The notes below the pieces were generated by a model that saw only the letters and a list, made by a program, of their open reading frames with translations, did not search any database and was not told the origin of the DNA. A program made the position numbers and the translations under genes. From NCBI GenBank assembly GCA_964598275.1, contig CAZRAZ010000002.1, positions 4,018 through 47,290 of the forward strand: a stretch of 43,273 bases of DNA, given 5' to 3'. The stretch's first letter is position 1. Each line of letters begins with the position of its first letter. Of this stretch, positions 25,645-34,381 are shown one piece after another. This DNA comes from an uncultured Gammaproteobacteria bacterium (GTDB lineage: Bacteria; Patescibacteriota; Microgenomatia; UBA12405).

Positions 25645-26106
25645 TTATGCGGCGGCAGGAGCGCTTTGGGCAGATGGGGAAGCAGGCGGGGAGCCCGAAT
25701 CTGTTTTTTTAACACCGTATTTACTGCGAGATTGTTGGCGACCGGCTACTCCGGAGGAATCATATTTACCTCTAACAATATGGTAGCGAACACCGGGTAA
25801 ATCTCTGACCCGACCACCTCTGATATAAACGATACCGTGTTCGGCTAGATTGTGACCGATGCCGGGGATATAGGCAGTCACTAAAGCGTGATTACTCAAT
25901 TTGACTTTGGCCACTTTTCTTAAAGCAGAATGGGGTTTTTTGGGAGTCATGGTTTTGACAACAGTGACCACTCCCCTTTTGAAAGGATTTTTTGAGGAAG
26001 AAAGATTGTTTTTAATGCTGTTAAAATTGCCCCGAAGAGCGGCAACTTTAACCTTTTTGCTTTTTAGGAGGCGGCCTTTTTTGATTAGCTGATTGATTGT
26101 TGGCAT
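25645..26106 (-). CDS. rpsL: 30S ribosomal protein S12 with an N-terminal insertion and an 18-aa C-terminal extension
   Basis: [12 protein letters not shown]...[12 protein letters not shown]...[17 protein letters not shown]...RSKYGVKKT, followed by [18 protein letters not shown]. Confidence 0.94.
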   Translation of the reverse strand: MPTINQLIKKGRLLKSKKVKVAALRGNFNSIKNNLSSSKNPFKRGVVTVVKTMTPKKPHSALRKVAKVKLSNHALVTAYIPGIGHNLAEHGIVYIRGGRVRDLPGVRYHIVRGKYDSSGVAGRQQSRSKYGVKKTDSGSPPASPSAQSAPAAA

Positions 26107-26112
26107 GATTTT

Positions 26113-29100
26113 TTAGAAATACTGTTCTTGGTCTTGGCTGACCGGAATAAGACGTCCGATAATAACATTTTCCTTTAGACCAATCAAGTTGTCTATTTCA
26201 GCAATCAGGGAAGCTTCGGTTAAAACACCAGTGGTTTGTTGGAAAGAAGCGGCGGATAGCCAAGAACCAGTAGACAGGGCGGATTTAATCAAGCCTAAAA
26301 GCACCTTGCTACCACGAGCCGGAAGTCCACCTTCAGCTTCAATTTTTTTGTTGGCGGCTTTAAAAGTCGGCTTGGTGATTATCTGACTATAAATAAAATT
26401 AGTATCACCGGGATTGTTAATTTTTATTTTATTGCTCATTTCGCGAACAATGGTTTCGATGTGTTTGTCGTGAATAGAAATACCTTGAGATTCGTAAACG
26501 AACTGGATACTGTTGATAAGGTATTTTTGGGCGGCGGCAATACCGGAAACGTTTAAGATTTGACGAACATCAACCGAACCGGAACAAATTTGGGCACCTT
26601 GGGCAATCATATCGCCATCGGCCACCAGAAGATTGATATTGCTGGGCAAAAGATAAGTGATTACTTTGGGCTGATTGTTGATATCTTTGCCTTTTAGTTT
26701 TACCTCGTAGCCGTCAATATTTTCTTTAATTTGGACCTTGCCACTGATTTCGGCTAAGGGTGAGGGCAGTTTGGGGGTTCTGATTTCAAACAATTCTTGG
26801 ATTCTGGGTAAACCTTGGGTAACATCAACACCTAAGACACCGCCGGTGTGCTTGGTTCTTAGGGTTAGCTGGGTACCGGGTTCGCCAACGGATTGAGCGG
26901 CGATGACACCAACCGGAGTACCAACCACAACCATTTTTCGGGTGGAAAGATCCCAACCATAACATTGGCGACAAAGACCATGCAGAGACTGGCAAGAGAG
27001 AGGAGATCTGACATCAACCAAATCAACAGAGCTGTTTTCGATAGCGGCAGCTAGTTTTTCGTCGACAAGATCATTTTTGCCGGCAATGACTTTTTTGGTT
27101 TTGGGATCGATAACATCGGCGGCTAAAAGACGACCAAGAATACGACGAGCAAAAAAACGCTGACGATTTTCTTCGTTTCTATTAATGGTGATAAAATTTT
27201 TGGTACCACAATTGTCTTGACGAATGATAGAAATGTGAGCAGCGTCAACCAAACGACGGGTTAAGTAGCCGGCATCGGCCGTCTTTAGGGCCGTATCGGC
27301 CAAACCTTTTCTGGTACCCCGGGCGCCGGTAACATATTCGAAAACCGACAAACCTTCTCTAAAGTTTGATTTGGTAGGCAAAGGAACGATATGACCGGTA
27401 GGATCAACCATGAGACCGCGCATACCAGAAAGCTGTTTGATTTGATCTTTTGAGGCTCTTTTGATACCGGCAGCGGAAACAATCTTAATGGGAGAATCAA
27501 CATCAAGAGTATCCCAGGTTTTTTCGGCAATACTTTCGGTAATTTCCATCCAAATACTTTGATTAAGACGGTTTTTTTCTTCCCGACTGATAAGGCCGTT
27601 TTTGTAATTTTGTTCAATTTCGAAAATTCTTTTTTCGGCACTGGCGATGATTTTTTGTTTGTTGGGCAAATAACCACAGTCGGACAGAGAAAGAGAAAGG
27701 CCGGAAAGAGTGAAGCCCTCAAAACCGATGGTTTTTAAGCTGTCGATAAGTTTGACGGTTTTCTGGCGACCGGCAATTTCCAGAGATTCGACAATTAAAT
27801 CTTTGACGGCTTTATTGCCGGCCATGGCCCGATTGATGTAAGAAAATTCTTGGGGAAGGACAGAGTTAAACCAAATTAGACCGTAACTGGTTTTTAAAAG
27901 TTTGCCATTGAGACGAACGGCAAGCAATTGACGAAGTTTAATTTTACCGGTTTGATAGGCTAAAATTACCTCTTCTTTGTCGGAGAAAAGCGGTAAATCT
28001 TTAAAGCCTTCTTGTTCAATTTTGGCTTGGTCGGCTTGCCTGATAGAGGTAAGGTAGTAACAACCGACGGCCATTTCTTGAGTAGGAACGGAAATAGGAC
28101 TGCCGTCTGATGGTTTGAGTAAATTTTGAGACGGTAACATCAGCTTCCTGGCCTCTTTTTGGGATTGTTTTGACAGGGGTAAGTGAACTCCCATTTGATC
28201 GCCGTCAAAATCGGCGTTGAAACCGTTACAAACACAAGGATGAAGACGGATGGCTAAACTATCAGTAAGAATCGGTTTGAAGGATTGGAAAGAAAGTTTA
28301 TGAAGAGTGGGAGCCCGGTTTAAAAGAACGTAACTATCCTTGGTAACAGTTTCTAAGATGTCATAGACCTCGTTGACGCGGTGATCAATTAGGTTTTTGG
28401 CACTTTTTATATTCGGAGCTAAACCAAGAGAAATCAGTTCTCTTAAAACAAAAGGGCGGTAGATTTCTAGAGCAATTTCTTTGGGTAGGCCGACCTGATC
28501 TAATTTTAGTTCAGGGCCAACAACGATCACGGAACGACCGGAATAGTCAACTCTTTTGCCAAGAAGATTTCGGCGGAAACGACCCTTTTTACCACGAAGC
28601 AGGTCGGATAAAGAACGAGGCACTCTTTTTTGGGAGCGGCGATGATTTTGGGCGCTTTTTTGAGAGTCGATTAAATTGTCTACCGACTCTTGAAGCATTC
28701 TTTTTTCGTTTCGTAAAATTATTTCAGGAGCGCCAAGTTTTAAAAGTTTTTTGAGACGATTGTTGCGGTTAATCAGACGGCGATAAAGATCGTTTAAATC
28801 TGAAGTGGCAAAACGACCACCGGTTAGCTGAACCATAGGACGGAGATCGGGAGGAACAACGGGAATATGTTTTAAAATAGTCCAGGTAGGATCAATACCG
28901 TTCTCGTGCATACTTTTCATGATCCGGATTTTGTATATAATTTTTTTCTTTTTCATCTTGGAACTGGTCTTCTTGAGGTCTTTTTTGAGTTGGGAAACGG
29001 TAGCCTTTAGGTCGATTTGTTGCAAAACCTGATCAACGGCTTCGGCACCCATTTTAACCTTATAAAAAGTGTCGGCCCTAAACTGCTGAATATAAAAATT

Positions 29101-29850
29101 TTCTTCATCGGTAAGAGTGGAGAGAACCTGAAGTGATTTGATTTTATTTTCTAAAAAGTCGGTTAAGCCTTCTAACCTTTTCTTTTCGGTGGTGGCCTTG
29201 TTTTCTAGCTTTTGGATTGATTGTTTGAGGTTAATGTCTGTTTCTTTTTGAGCAACCAATAATTGTTCTTTATTTTTGATTTTTTTTGCCAATTTAAGCT
29301 GATCTTTTTGGCTGGCGGAAGTTAGATCTTTAATCTCTTTGGCAATATCGTCATTAATTATTTTTTGTCTTTTGCCGGAATTTTGAAGCAAAACTTTGAC
29401 GGCATCTTTTCTTTTGACGTCATCAACTGAAACTACTAAAAATTTGGTGAAATAAATAACTGATTCTAATTCTTTTTGGGGAATATCGAGAATGGTGGAT
29501 AGCGGCGAGGGAATATTTTTTAAAAACCAAAGATGGGCCACGGGGGCGGCCAGGGCAATGTGACCCATTCTTTCTCTTCTGACTTTTGAAGTAGTAACTT
29601 CGACACCGCATTTGTCGCAGATAACTCCTTTGAATCTGATTTTTTTGTATTTACCACAATAACACTCATAGTCGTGACTAGGGCCAAAGATTTTTTCGCA
29701 AAAAAGGCCGTCTTTTTCCGGCCGCCAAGAGCGGTAGTTGATAGTTTCCGGCTTGGTAACTTCACCATGTGACCAGGATAAAATGTCCTTGGGTGAGGCT
29801 AATTTTATTTGTAAACCGCTAAAATCAACTATGTTTTTGAATTTAAACAT
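26113..29850 (-). CDS. rpoC: DNA-directed RNA polymerase subunit beta'
   Basis: Zn finger YECYCGKYKK...CDKCGVEV, the catalytic NADFDGDQM motif, 1245 aa. The ATG shares one base with the rpoB TAA (TAATG at 29848-29852). Confidence 0.97.
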   Translation of the reverse strand: MFKFKNIVDFSGLQIKLASPKDILSWSHGEVTKPETINYRSWRPEKDGLFCEKIFGPSHDYECYCGKYKKIRFKGVICDKCGVEVTTSKVRRERMGHIALAAPVAHLWFLKNIPSPLSTILDIPQKELESVIYFTKFLVVSVDDVKRKDAVKVLLQNSGKRQKIINDDIAKEIKDLTSASQKDQLKLAKKIKNKEQLLVAQKETDINLKQSIQKLENKATTEKKRLEGLTDFLENKIKSLQVLSTLTDEENFYIQQFRADTFYKVKMGAEAVDQVLQQIDLKATVSQLKKDLKKTSSKMKKKKIIYKIRIMKSMHENGIDPTWTILKHIPVVPPDLRPMVQLTGGRFATSDLNDLYRRLINRNNRLKKLLKLGAPEIILRNEKRMLQESVDNLIDSQKSAQNHRRSQKRVPRSLSDLLRGKKGRFRRNLLGKRVDYSGRSVIVVGPELKLDQVGLPKEIALEIYRPFVLRELISLGLAPNIKSAKNLIDHRVNEVYDILETVTKDSYVLLNRAPTLHKLSFQSFKPILTDSLAIRLHPCVCNGFNADFDGDQMGVHLPLSKQSQKEARKLMLPSQNLLKPSDGSPISVPTQEMAVGCYYLTSIRQADQAKIEQEGFKDLPLFSDKEEVILAYQTGKIKLRQLLAVRLNGKLLKTSYGLIWFNSVLPQEFSYINRAMAGNKAVKDLIVESLEIAGRQKTVKLIDSLKTIGFEGFTLSGLSLSLSDCGYLPNKQKIIASAEKRIFEIEQNYKNGLISREEKNRLNQSIWMEITESIAEKTWDTLDVDSPIKIVSAAGIKRASKDQIKQLSGMRGLMVDPTGHIVPLPTKSNFREGLSVFEYVTGARGTRKGLADTALKTADAGYLTRRLVDAAHISIIRQDNCGTKNFITINRNEENRQRFFARRILGRLLAADVIDPKTKKVIAGKNDLVDEKLAAAIENSSVDLVDVRSPLSCQSLHGLCRQCYGWDLSTRKMVVVGTPVGVIAAQSVGEPGTQLTLRTKHTGGVLGVDVTQGLPRIQELFEIRTPKLPSPLAEISGKVQIKENIDGYEVKLKGKDINNQPKVITYLLPSNINLLVADGDMIAQGAQICSGSVDVRQILNVSGIAAAQKYLINSIQFVYESQGISIHDKHIETIVREMSNKIKINNPGDTNFIYSQIITKPTFKAANKKIEAEGGLPARGSKVLLGLIKSALSTGSWLSAASFQQTTGVLTEASLIAEIDNLIGLKENVIIGRLIPVSQDQEQYF

Positions 29851-32800
29851 TATATTTCTTCCTTATTTTGTTTTTCAGTCATTAAATCTGGCAAGAGAGA
29901 TGCTTCCGATTCGGTTTTTTCATCGGCTAAAGGCAGGGCGGTTTTAAGACCAATCGGACTAACGTCAAGGGCCAAACCGGCCAGTTCTTTGGTAAGAACT
30001 TTAAAAGATTCGGGGATGTCGGGAGGAGGAATGGGAGTACCCTTGATGATAGCTTGAAAGGCGCGGGTACGACCTTCAACGTCATCGGATTTCAGAGTTA
30101 ACATTTCTTGCAAAATATAGGCGGCCTTATGGGCTTCAAGAGCCCAAACTTCCATTTCGCCCAATCTTTGACCACCCATTCTGGCCTTGCCCCCAAGCGG
30201 TTGCTGGGTAACCAGAGAATAAGGGCCAGTGGAGCGGGCGTGAAATTTATCGTCGATCATATGAACCAACTTGATGATGTAACCCACACCGAGAACCGCC
30301 TTTTGATCGTAGGCGTCTCCGGTGCGACCGTCATAAAGTTGAGTTTTACCATCAGGAGAAAGGCCGGCTTTTTCCAATTCTTGACTAATCATGGTTTCCG
30401 GGTATTTATCAAAAACAGGGACGTTGTATTTTTTGCCAAGTTTATAACCAGCATAAGCAAGAGTGATTTCCAGAATTTGACCTAAATTCATACGAGAGAT
30501 AACCGAAAGAGGAGACATGATCATGTCGACCGGAGTACCGTCGGCCAGACGCGGCATGTCATATTCAGGCATGATGCGGGAAATAACACCCTTGTTGCCA
30601 TGACGACCGGCAATTTTGTCGCCTTCTTGGATACGACGGCTTTGGGCAACGTAAACCTTGACTACTTTGTTTACCCCGGGATCAAGTTCATCGCCTTCAT
30701 CTTTGTCGAGAATATCAACCCTAATGACAACTCCACCTTCACCATTGGGAACACGAAGAGAGGTGTCTTTGACTTCTCTGGCTTTTTCGCCAAAAATAGC
30801 CCGAAGCAATCTTTCTTCTGAAGTTAATTCTTTTTCTCCACGTGGTTCAATTTTACCGACTAAAATATCGTTGGGAGAAACAGAAGCGCCAACCATGACG
30901 ATACCGTCGGCGGTTAGTTTGGCAAGTTCTTCGTCGGAAACATTAGGGATATCTTTAGTCAGCTCCTCGCTGCCTAATTTAGTTTCGACCACCGGACAAC
31001 TGTAGGAATAAATTTGGACATTAGTGAGAATGTCTTGTTTGACAAGGCGATCGGAGATTAAAAAAGAATCCTCGTAGGTTAGACCGTCAATTGATTGGTA
31101 GGCAACCAGCAAGTTTTGACCGATAGCCAGCTGGCCATTATCGGTTGAAGGACCGTCAATTAAAAGGTCGCCAACGGAAACGACATCACCGGTATTAACG
31201 ACGGCATTTTGGTTGTAGCAAGTACCATAGGGAGAGGTGCGGTCAAATTTTTCGATAGTGTAGGTTTCGGTTTTACCGTCTCCCGAAAGCTGACAAAAGT
31301 CACTGATGTCTGAAGTTTGTTCAATTGCTTTTTTGTCGAGACTGACAATAATTTTTTGACCATCAACGTAGGTAATCCGACCACTGTGTTTGGCCAAAAC
31401 GGTACGGTTCATGGCGGTGGCAATGACCGTTTCCATACCGGTACCAACAATAGGAGCTTGGGGTTTGACCAGAGGGACGGCTTGGGTCTGCATGTGGGAA
31501 CCCATCAGGGCACGGGTGGCATCATCGTGATCGATAAAGGGAATTAAAGAGGCCGAAATGCCGACAATTTGGTTGGGGACAAGATCAATAAAGTCTGTTA
31601 GTTCAACCGGTCCTTCAATAAATTCTCCCTGATAACGGAAAGGAAGCCATTTTTGGTTGATATAAAAATTGTTATCAATATCGATACCTAAATGGGTAAT
31701 GTGATAGTTGTATTCATCTTCAGCATCCAGATAGTCAATCTTGTCGGTGACAATTTTATATTTTCCGTTTATTTTTTCGACTTTTCTAAAAGGGGCTTGG
31801 ATAAAACCGTATCGATTTACCTTGGCATAAAGGGCCAGATAGGTAACCAAACCAATGTTCGGTCCTTCGGGGGAACGAACGGCACAAATACGACCGTATT
31901 GAGAACTGTGAACGTCGCGAATGGAAAAGGCGGCCCGCTCACGAGTTAAACCGCCAATACCAACAACGGTGACCCGACGGAGAAGATCAAGTTCAGACAG
32001 GGGGTTGGTTCTGTCTAAGATAGAAGAGAGCTGATTTGATCTAAAAAAGCTGTTTAGAGAGGAAATAAGCGGTTGAGGATTAATCATTTGAGAAGGAGAA
32101 GGGTTTTCTTTGGTAGAAATTAAACTCATCCTTTCTTTGACCATTCTTTCGAAGCGAACCAAGGCCGGGCGAACGGCAATTTGACTGATAATTTCGCCAC
32201 ATTGACGTAAACGACGGTTGGCCAGACTGTCAATGTCGTCCAGATGAGTTTGCTTACCCTTTTGAAGATCGATTAAATATTTGATGGCGGCAATAATATC
32301 TTCACTTTTGAGCACCCAATTGTCTTGATGGCTATCATCAAATTTGAAATTGAATTTTTTGTTGATTTTGTAGCGACCAACTTGGCCCAATTCATAGGTG
32401 CGCTGATCGAAAAATCTATCTTTTAAAAATCTTTGAGCATTTTCTAAAACCGCCGGCTCGCCGGGCCGAAGTTTGCGGTAAAAATCTAAAACGGCTTCTT
32501 GGGGAGAATGGGAAGTGTCAGCAGAAATGGTGTGAGTGATATAGTCGGAAAAATTGGCTAACATTTCTTTGTCAGACATTTGACAAACAGCCCGAAGAAG
32601 AATAGTGACGGGAAATTTTCGGCGACGATCGATTCTGGCAAAAATAACGTCTTTTTTGCCAACAAAAAACTCCAGCCAAGAACCGCGCATGGGGCGGATT
32701 TCGGCATTGTAGAGAGTTTTACCGGTAGGAGCATCGATTTCTCCGGTAAAATAAATACCGGGAGAACGAACCAGTTGATTGATGATGCCCCGCTCGATAC

Positions 32801-33170
32801 CGTTGATAATAAAGGTACCCTCCTGAGTCATGGTGGGTAAATTAAGGAAAAAAACTTCTTCTTGTTTGACGTTACCGGTTTTTCTATTGGTTAACTTGGC
32901 GTTGATTTTGACAGGAATGGAATAGTTTAAACCTTTATTTTTGGCGACAAGAGAGCTTACGGTGGGTGCTTCGAAGCTAACATCGCCAATGGCCAGTTCC
33001 CAGTTGTTACCGGTGTAATCTGAAATGGGAGAAACCGACTCAATTGTTTTCCGAAGATCTTGTTGCAAAAATTTTTGCCAAGATTCTTTTTGGATCTCAA
33101 TTAAGTTTAATTCTGGAATATTAGGGTATTTTTTGCCCCAATTGTTTCTTTTTGATTTTCCCGTCGACAA
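29850..33170 (-). CDS. rpoB: DNA-directed RNA polymerase subunit beta (TTG start)
   Basis: ...PELNLIEIQKESWQKFL...GRHGNKGVISRI...MNLGQILE...KLVHMIDDKFHARSTGPYSLVTQQPLGGKARMGGQRLGEMEVWALEA. Starts at TTG 33168-33170, preceded by A9. Confidence 0.96.
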   Translation of the reverse strand: MSTGKSKRNNWGKKYPNIPELNLIEIQKESWQKFLQQDLRKTIESVSPISDYTGNNWELAIGDVSFEAPTVSSLVAKNKGLNYSIPVKINAKLTNRKTGNVKQEEVFFLNLPTMTQEGTFIINGIERGIINQLVRSPGIYFTGEIDAPTGKTLYNAEIRPMRGSWLEFFVGKKDVIFARIDRRRKFPVTILLRAVCQMSDKEMLANFSDYITHTISADTSHSPQEAVLDFYRKLRPGEPAVLENAQRFLKDRFFDQRTYELGQVGRYKINKKFNFKFDDSHQDNWVLKSEDIIAAIKYLIDLQKGKQTHLDDIDSLANRRLRQCGEIISQIAVRPALVRFERMVKERMSLISTKENPSPSQMINPQPLISSLNSFFRSNQLSSILDRTNPLSELDLLRRVTVVGIGGLTRERAAFSIRDVHSSQYGRICAVRSPEGPNIGLVTYLALYAKVNRYGFIQAPFRKVEKINGKYKIVTDKIDYLDAEDEYNYHITHLGIDIDNNFYINQKWLPFRYQGEFIEGPVELTDFIDLVPNQIVGISASLIPFIDHDDATRALMGSHMQTQAVPLVKPQAPIVGTGMETVIATAMNRTVLAKHSGRITYVDGQKIIVSLDKKAIEQTSDISDFCQLSGDGKTETYTIEKFDRTSPYGTCYNQNAVVNTGDVVSVGDLLIDGPSTDNGQLAIGQNLLVAYQSIDGLTYEDSFLISDRLVKQDILTNVQIYSYSCPVVETKLGSEELTKDIPNVSDEELAKLTADGIVMVGASVSPNDILVGKIEPRGEKELTSEERLLRAIFGEKAREVKDTSLRVPNGEGGVVIRVDILDKDEGDELDPGVNKVVKVYVAQSRRIQEGDKIAGRHGNKGVISRIMPEYDMPRLADGTPVDMIMSPLSVISRMNLGQILEITLAYAGYKLGKKYNVPVFDKYPETMISQELEKAGLSPDGKTQLYDGRTGDAYDQKAVLGVGYIIKLVHMIDDKFHARSTGPYSLVTQQPLGGKARMGGQRLGEMEVWALEAHKAAYILQEMLTLKSDDVEGRTRAFQAIIKGTPIPPPDIPESFKVLTKELAGLALDVSPIGLKTALPLADEKTESEASLLPDLMTEKQNKEEI

Positions 33171-33186
33171 TTTTTTTTTAAGGACT

Positions 33187-33217
33187 AAAAAAAAGGCAGG
33201 GTTATGTTAAGCCTGCC
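33187..33217 (-). terminator. Canonical intrinsic terminator (hairpin plus U8) 16 nt upstream of the rpoB start; possible attenuator
   Basis: Minus strand: GGCAGG-cTTAacaTAAc-CCTGCC followed by TTTTTTTT (A8 at 33187-33194 on the plus strand). It lies downstream of the promoter at 33229-33257. Confidence 0.6.
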
Positions 33218-33228
33218 AAACGTTTTGT

Positions 33229-33257
33229 ATTATATCTTTAATATGTAGCAAGGTCAA
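33229..33257 (-). promoter_or_regulatory. Near-consensus sigma70 promoter TTGACC-N17-TATAAT reading into the terminator hairpin and rpoB
   Basis: The reverse complement of 33252-33257 is TTGACC and of 33229-33234 is TATAAT. The spacer (33235-33251) is 17 nt. Confidence 0.55.
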
Positions 33258-33271
33258 TAACTTGTTTTGCG

Positions 33272-33820
33272 CTATTGCCCACAATCGGTGTTGGTGCAAG
33301 AGATTATTAAATCAGGCAGACAGGTGCAGGTGTTGCAGTCGTCGGCAGAGGGGAAAGATTCTCCGATCTGATAATGTTTGTCGTTTAGAAGACAAGAGAA
33401 TTTTGCGGGTGAAGGTGAGGATTGAGTGGTTTTAAAAGGAGTGGGGGTGGGCCTAATGGTTTGATCGAAAGTCTGTGATTGTTGATAAAAAGAAAGAATA
33501 ATACTGCCTAAAATTACTAAAAAGATAAAAAGGGAAATAAAAAAAATATTTTTAAAGGGATTTTTAGCCCCATTGGATAGATCTTCGTTCCCGTTTGGGG
33601 CGGGAACTTCGACATCCAACGGGGTTGAAACGACAAGGGGGAGGGCGTCGGCAGGAGGAAGCTGATCTTGAGGGTCTTGAGTCTCGGGTGATGGCGGAGT
33701 TGGAGTAATGGTCGGGGAAACAGGTGGAGGTGGGGCATCGGGTAAATTCTTTGAGGACGAATATTGATTTAAGATCGATTGATAGGGAGATGGGTTGGAA
33801 TTAAGATTATCTTCTGACAT
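33272..33820 (-). CDS. Bitopic membrane protein: Pro-rich cytoplasmic N-region, TM, C-terminal 6-Cys VWC-like domain
   Basis: No signal peptide. TM segment IFFISLFIFLVILGSIILSF (aa ~92-111). The C-terminus is SCLLNDKHYQIGESFPSADDCNTCTCLPDLIISCTNTDCGQ. Confidence 0.6.
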   Translation of the reverse strand: MSEDNLNSNPSPYQSILNQYSSSKNLPDAPPPPVSPTITPTPPSPETQDPQDQLPPADALPLVVSTPLDVEVPAPNGNEDLSNGAKNPFKNIFFISLFIFLVILGSIILSFYQQSQTFDQTIRPTPTPFKTTQSSPSPAKFSCLLNDKHYQIGESFPSADDCNTCTCLPDLIISCTNTDCGQ

Positions 33821-33843
33821 ATGGAATAACTATCTCACGGATG

Positions 33844-33859
33844 AATTGACCTGTCAATT
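33844..33859. promoter_or_regulatory. Inverted repeat AATTGAC-CT-GTCAATT supplying back-to-back -35 boxes for divergent promoters; possible operator
   Basis: Plus strand: TTGACC(33846-33851)-N17-TATGAT(33869-33874), 9 nt before ATG 33884. Minus strand: TTGACA (reverse complement of 33852-33857)-N17-GATAGT (reverse complement of 33829-33834), 8 nt before ATG 33820. Confidence 0.45.
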
Positions 33860-33883
33860 TTTAGAGTATATGATGGTTGTTAG

Positions 33884-34381
33884 ATGAGGAAAATATTATG
33901 TTTTTTGGGGTTGGGGATAAGCTTTTTGTTTTTGACAGAAACGGTTGCGGCGGGCGGCTTTAACTTGAAATCAATTGGCAAGATTAGTACCGATGGTTTG
34001 CAAATTTCTAAATGGTGGTATAGCGGCTTGCAACCGATCTTTTCGGGCGAGGCAGGAGTGGGGGCAGAAGTGGAGATCAAGATTGACGAAACAGTCAGAA
34101 CAATTGCGGCCGATTCTTCGGGTAACTGGAATTACAGGCCGGAAGCCTCTTTAGGTGCGGGCGAGCATAGCGTGGTTTTAACCAGTCAGGGGTCGGTAAT
34201 TGAATTTACCTTGGTACTGGGGACTGATTTGGTTGACTGGGAGGCGGTGGGCAAGGGAGGCGGAAAGGTGTTGCCAACAGTAGGAACGAGCTTGCCAACT
34301 GTCACGCTGTTGCTATTGGGAACATTTTTGATGGTTTTTGCTAAAATTGGCAGTGCTAAAAGACAAGAAAATATTCATTAA
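33884..34381 (+). CDS. Secreted Ig-like-domain protein with a C-terminal sortase-type sorting signal
   Basis: Signal peptide MRKILCFLGLGISFLFLTETVAAGG. Bacterial Ig-like pattern GEAGVGAEVEIKIDETVRTIAADSSGNWNYRPEASLGAGEHSVVL. C-terminus LPTVGTSLPTVTLLLLGTFLMVFAKIGSAKRQENIH. Confidence 0.65.
   Translation: MRKILCFLGLGISFLFLTETVAAGGFNLKSIGKISTDGLQISKWWYSGLQPIFSGEAGVGAEVEIKIDETVRTIAADSSGNWNYRPEASLGAGEHSVVLTSQGSVIEFTLVLGTDLVDWEAVGKGGGKVLPTVGTSLPTVTLLLLGTFLMVFAKIGSAKRQENIH
34271..34378 (+). other. Tripartite cell-wall sorting signal: tandem LPTVG/LPTVT motifs, hydrophobic stretch, basic tail
   Basis: LPTVG at aa 130-134 (34271-34285) and LPTVT at aa 137-141 (34292-34306), followed by LLLLGTFLMVFA and then KIGSAKRQ. 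Confidence 0.55.
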
